NCBI GenBank assembly: GCA_964016885.1
Contig: OZ024758.1
Location: forward strand, 22,382,001-22,446,000
Direction: 5' to 3'
Length of the DNA: 64,000 nt
Source of the DNA: Eledone cirrhosa
Taxonomy: Eukaryota
The notes beneath the pieces are model-generated. The model was not told the origin of the DNA. It searched no databases and saw nothing but the letters and a program-made list of their open reading frames with translations. The position numbers and the translations under genes were made by a program. Position 1 is the stretch's first letter, and each line of letters starts with the position of its first letter. This document shows, one piece after another, positions 60,482-64,000 of the stretch.

Positions 60482-62941
60482 CTATATATAGGGCTTAAAG
60501 TTTTGGAAGGAATGTCTGAGGCGGTGCTGGCAAGTTGCAAACACCTCAGATTTTTTGTTAAGTAGGTTACGGTTGGAGAAGATAATATTGTGTGTCTCTA
60601 GAATACAGAGGTTACAGAATTTATTAGGTGGTTTGTACGAGGTCGCGCTGCCTATCACTTCCCATTTGAGTGTGTATGGTTTATTTTTAGATTTTAGATA
60701 GTGTATGTAGCTAGAAAGTGAGGTGGAGTTGGCTAGGCTGTGCTTTTTGAACGAGTGGATGTGCGAGTTATATCTGATTTTGAAGCAGTTAGAAGTGGAG
60801 CCTACATAGGTTTCTGAAGAGTTATTAGTCGTGACTGTGCATGAGTATATGACATCCTTGGTTAGGCATTTTTTATCTAAAGGGCAGGTTCTATTAGCTC
60901 TACAGTTACAATTATTCTGTGCGTTAGTCCGCTGGTTATAATGCAATGCGGAAGTCTGTGTGGTGGATATAGGATTTTGGGTGTTCGGGTTGGCAACCCT
61001 GGTGTTATTATTTATACTAGTGTTATTTCTATTGTTACTGCCGTTGCTATTGTTGCTTGCTACAGTGGTATTTAGAGGGTTTGCATCCTGTTGTGATTTT
61101 GTTTGTTGGAAGTAAGAACTAATTTTACTATTATTGCTGCTAGCTATGTGGTATGCTAAGTTAGGCGTCGTAGAGTATGAGATTTTAATGGTGTTTTTGT
61201 TTAAGAGGTTGTGGTACTTGTGTCCTAGAGGGAAGTTTTTATCTAGTAGTGAGAAGAAAGCCCTAGGTATGTTGGTGGAGACATTTAGGTTGAAAGGAGG
61301 GTTGAAAAATGTATTATTTCTTCTTCTATTTTTGTTTTTAGTGTTTGGTGTGTTGCTTCCTCCTAAGGCCTCACAGTAGTTTCCATGGTAATGGTTACTT
61401 CCTGTGGCACCCTCCGCTTTGGTGTACTTGTGGTTGCTATTCCTATTATTAGATTTCCTCATGGACATGTTGTGCGAGATTATGTTGTAGCTATGTGTTT
61501 TCTTAGGTAGGAACTCAATTTCTATATTATGGCCGGAGCTAGCTAATGCTTGATTGTAATATTGTGAGTTTTTGCTAAATATGTTTGCGTCATAGGACAG
61601 ACTAGAGATTCTATTGGACACCCCCTTAGAGATAGAGTTTAATATTGATCTAGGGTGATTAGACTTGGTATCTACGTAAATAAGTTTCTCATTAGGCTTA
61701 TGGAAAGGTGTATATATTTTTGAGTCTAGGTATAGTGTGGCGTCTAGGAAGTTAACATTTTTAGTGTTTTTGTCCATGGTGATACTAAGGTTAAAGTTTT
61801 TGAATGTCTTATGCAGTTGTTTTCTAGTTCTTTCTATATTAAATTTTTTATATTCTATGAGTAGAAGTGCATCATCGCGGTACAAACCACCGTTGAGGTA
61901 AGGGAGGTCTTTATGGATTTCATTGAGGAGGTATAGGCCGACCAAATCAGTGACCTGCGCCGAGTCACTAGATCCCATGGTTATGTCGAAGTTGTTGTGC
62001 GTATCCTTGCGTGTCCATAGTTGGTCCTCGAAGGTGATTATGGTTTTACGGGCCGCAAGGATGACATCAACCTGGGCTCTAGTCAGGTCGCTATTGGTCA
62101 TGGCCATGATAAGTGCCTTATTTAATAGGATAGGGGAAATAGAGGTGTAGTATGAATTGATATCAAATTGAATAAATTTTTTGTTTTTATTATTCTTGAT
62201 ATCCTTAAACCATTCAATTACTTCACCCGTATTTCCCCATTGTTTAAGGTGTATCTTGTGTTTAATTTGTGGGATGATTTTATCCAAAATCTTCTTGCTG
62301 ATAATACCAATGTCGGACTTGGAAGGGCAGATAAGTCTTATCGTGGGGTTGCTGATGAAGTTCTCCTTATGGTCCTTCAGAGAGAATCTAGGGGGGTTCG
62401 GAGTGAAAGGTTGTGTATGCCTCTGTAGTCCTAGTTTAGACACTATATTATAACCCTCTACATTAATATCTTCTAAGTTTTTCAAGGTGGTTTTTTTGTA
62501 GCTTTTATGTAGTTCATTATATATAAACTTTCTATAAGTAATATAATCTAGGCTGTATATGTTATTAGTTTTATCTGCGTGTACAATAATTTTATTACTA
62601 GTTTTGAATCCACTAATAGAAGTGTTAAGTTTGTTTAAGAAGGTGTTGCTTCTAATATGGTGCTTATTGTATTTAATGTTCTTAACTAGTTTAACTAGGT
62701 CATTTTCAAAGGAGTTAAGTAGAGTGTTATGAGGGGGGCTTTTAAAGGTTTTAAAGCCGAAGGAGTCAAAATTGTTAGTATTATTCAAGTTGTTAGATTT
62801 GTTTCTATCATAATGGAATGTCCTCCATCTCACTCTATTGATAAATGAATTTACACTGTTGATCAGCAATTTCTCATATGTATTCCTGGATGGTATTGGT
62901 ATGTTCTTGGTTGACATGGGGAGTTGGTCTTTGATTAGCAT
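60482..62941 (-). CDS. PLE polyprotein: reverse transcriptase + C-terminal GIY-YIG endonuclease, 819 aa
   Basis: KNIPIP N-terminus, ADKT, RLICP, QFDINSYY, MGS, LYRDD, VNFLD, SNHP, FNPPF, CNC..CP...C, VIY..YVG, CNLC, LLN...CQH; no stops or frameshifts. Confidence 0.95.
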   Translation of the reverse strand: MLIKDQLPMSTKNIPIPSRNTYEKLLINSVNSFINRVRWRTFHYDRNKSNNLNNTNNFDSFGFKTFKSPPHNTLLNSFENDLVKLVKNIKYNKHHIRSNTFLNKLNTSISGFKTSNKIIVHADKTNNIYSLDYITYRKFIYNELHKSYKKTTLKNLEDINVEGYNIVSKLGLQRHTQPFTPNPPRFSLKDHKENFISNPTIRLICPSKSDIGIISKKILDKIIPQIKHKIHLKQWGNTGEVIEWFKDIKNNKNKKFIQFDINSYYTSISPILLNKALIMAMTNSDLTRAQVDVILAARKTIITFEDQLWTRKDTHNNFDITMGSSDSAQVTDLVGLYLLNEIHKDLPYLNGGLYRDDALLLIEYKKFNIERTRKQLHKTFKNFNLSITMDKNTKNVNFLDATLYLDSKIYTPFHKPNEKLIYVDTKSNHPRSILNSISKGVSNRISSLSYDANIFSKNSQYYNQALASSGHNIEIEFLPKKTHSYNIISHNMSMRKSNNRNSNHKYTKAEGATGSNHYHGNYCEALGGSNTPNTKNKNRRRNNTFFNPPFNLNVSTNIPRAFFSLLDKNFPLGHKYHNLLNKNTIKISYSTTPNLAYHIASSNNSKISSYFQQTKSQQDANPLNTTVASNNSNGSNNRNNTSINNNTRVANPNTQNPISTTQTSALHYNQRTNAQNNCNCRANRTCPLDKKCLTKDVIYSCTVTTNNSSETYVGSTSNCFKIRYNSHIHSFKKHSLANSTSLSSYIHYLKSKNKPYTLKWEVIGSATSYKPPNKFCNLCILETHNIIFSNRNLLNKKSEVFATCQHRLRHSFQNFKPYI

Positions 62942-63147
62942 ATTGGCAATATTATATGTCAGCTCAACGATATGGAGCAGTTAATAGTATTAGTTATACT
63001 ATTTATGGTTATGTAAATACAAAGCCTTAAGCAGTTGTAAGTATTTTACACACACCCTAAATAGTGGTAGGCAGTAACGTATTACTACCTTATTACCAGT
63101 AAGTTAAGTAGCTCAATGTAAAAACATCAGATGATTTACAGAGCAGT

Positions 63148-63590
63148 TATATGAAATATAAGAATCAAAGAACTGTTCAAAACATTATTGTGCTTACAGC
63201 TGTTTCCTCCAAACCGAGGTTTGGATTCTTCGGAGCAATTTATTAATGCATGGACAGTTATATGACCTCCTTTTCAGCCGAGAGACATACCAAATACATA
63301 TTCAAACATTGATACATATTCAAACATTGTGGGTCAACATTCATTACAGAATTTAGAGTGGCAGTACACACTTCGAGATTACATTTATATTAATAGGTAC
63401 AATCAAAAATCAAAGATATAGGTTAAAGTACAGCATGAAGATAAGTGGTTATATAGTGCAAATGTTATATGTGTGGCACGCATGTGCGTCTTGTTTATAT
63501 AGTGTGGCAGAGAGATATGTGTGGTAGAGGCACTTAGGTAGGTAAATAAGAGTGTTAGGTTGGTAGGTCTGGTGGCAAAGTCTTTATATG
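63148..63590 (-). repeat. PLE 5' pseudo-LTR
   Basis: Direct copy of 58976-59418. Confidence 0.93.
63183..63248 (-). ncRNA. Second copy of the hammerhead-like motif in PLE 5' pseudo-LTR
   Basis: Same sequence as 59011-59076. Confidence 0.72.
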
Positions 63591-64000
63591 GCAGGTGTGA
63601 CAACATCCACCCACTTGATGGCACTACACCGCTCTAAGGGTAATTTTGAGCATGAATTGATCGGTTGGATGTTGTTGGGCAGAGGAAACACCTTCCTTAG
63701 ACAGATGTAAAATGATTTAATCGAGTAGCGCTGTTGACCAGTAGGACCGGGCTGCTGAGCGCAGTGAGTGAATGCAATGCAACTGCCGTGCGGGTTGTAC
63801 GTATATGGATGATCTGACGGTCAGAGAGGGGTCGCGAGGACTGCGGATTGACCTTGGCCTGCCTGGGGACGATTATCTTTCGACATCCAATGTAGCAAGC
63901 GATGACCCAGATCTTACCAGAGATCATTGGGTCCTGAAGCAATCCTGCAATCACCGCGCCTGGTCATATGAGCAGACTACAACCACAGAGATCATTTTAG

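Larger units (their letters stand above)
58976..64000 (-). mobile_element. Penelope-like retroelement (Naiad-type) with pseudo-LTRs and 5' inversion; runs off window
   Basis: RT+GIY-YIG ORF; 443-bp direct repeats 58976-59418 / 63148-63590; 63590-64000 is the reverse complement of 59919-60329; 3' end abuts a (TA)n array. Confidence 0.92.

Noticed and set aside
60482-62941. Selenocysteine recoding, reported for some Naiad elements
   Set aside because: The ORF has no in-frame TGA; the Cys motifs use ordinary Cys codons and it ends in TAG.

Overview
Eukaryotic, AT-rich, repeat-dense DNA. The repeat families resemble those I recall from octopod cephalopods; this is inference, not a search result. 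Most of the window is one + strand gene for a neuropathy target esterase / swiss cheese (PNPLA6/7) orthologue. I traced 29 phase-consistent GT-AG coding exons from 8423 to 50740 (about 1191 codons): TM anchor, cNMP-binding repeats and a patatin domain with GGGGAR, GTSIG and DGG. The start exon is uncertain and the last exons lie beyond the window. The introns hold two tRNA-derived SINE families, piggyBac/hAT/Tc1-mariner MITEs, and RTE, CR1, Tx1 and CRE LINE fragments. At the right end is an intact Penelope-like (Naiad-type) retroelement (RT + GIY-YIG) with 443-bp pseudo-LTRs and a 5' inversion. The most notable signal is a set of minimal type-I hammerhead ribozyme motifs: one in each pseudo-LTR and others in two small fold-back elements (26.6-26.9 kb, 56.1-56.35 kb). 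All abut (TA)n tracts inside introns of the host gene. A stray copy of an exon acceptor 18 kb downstream of its source could act as a poison exon.
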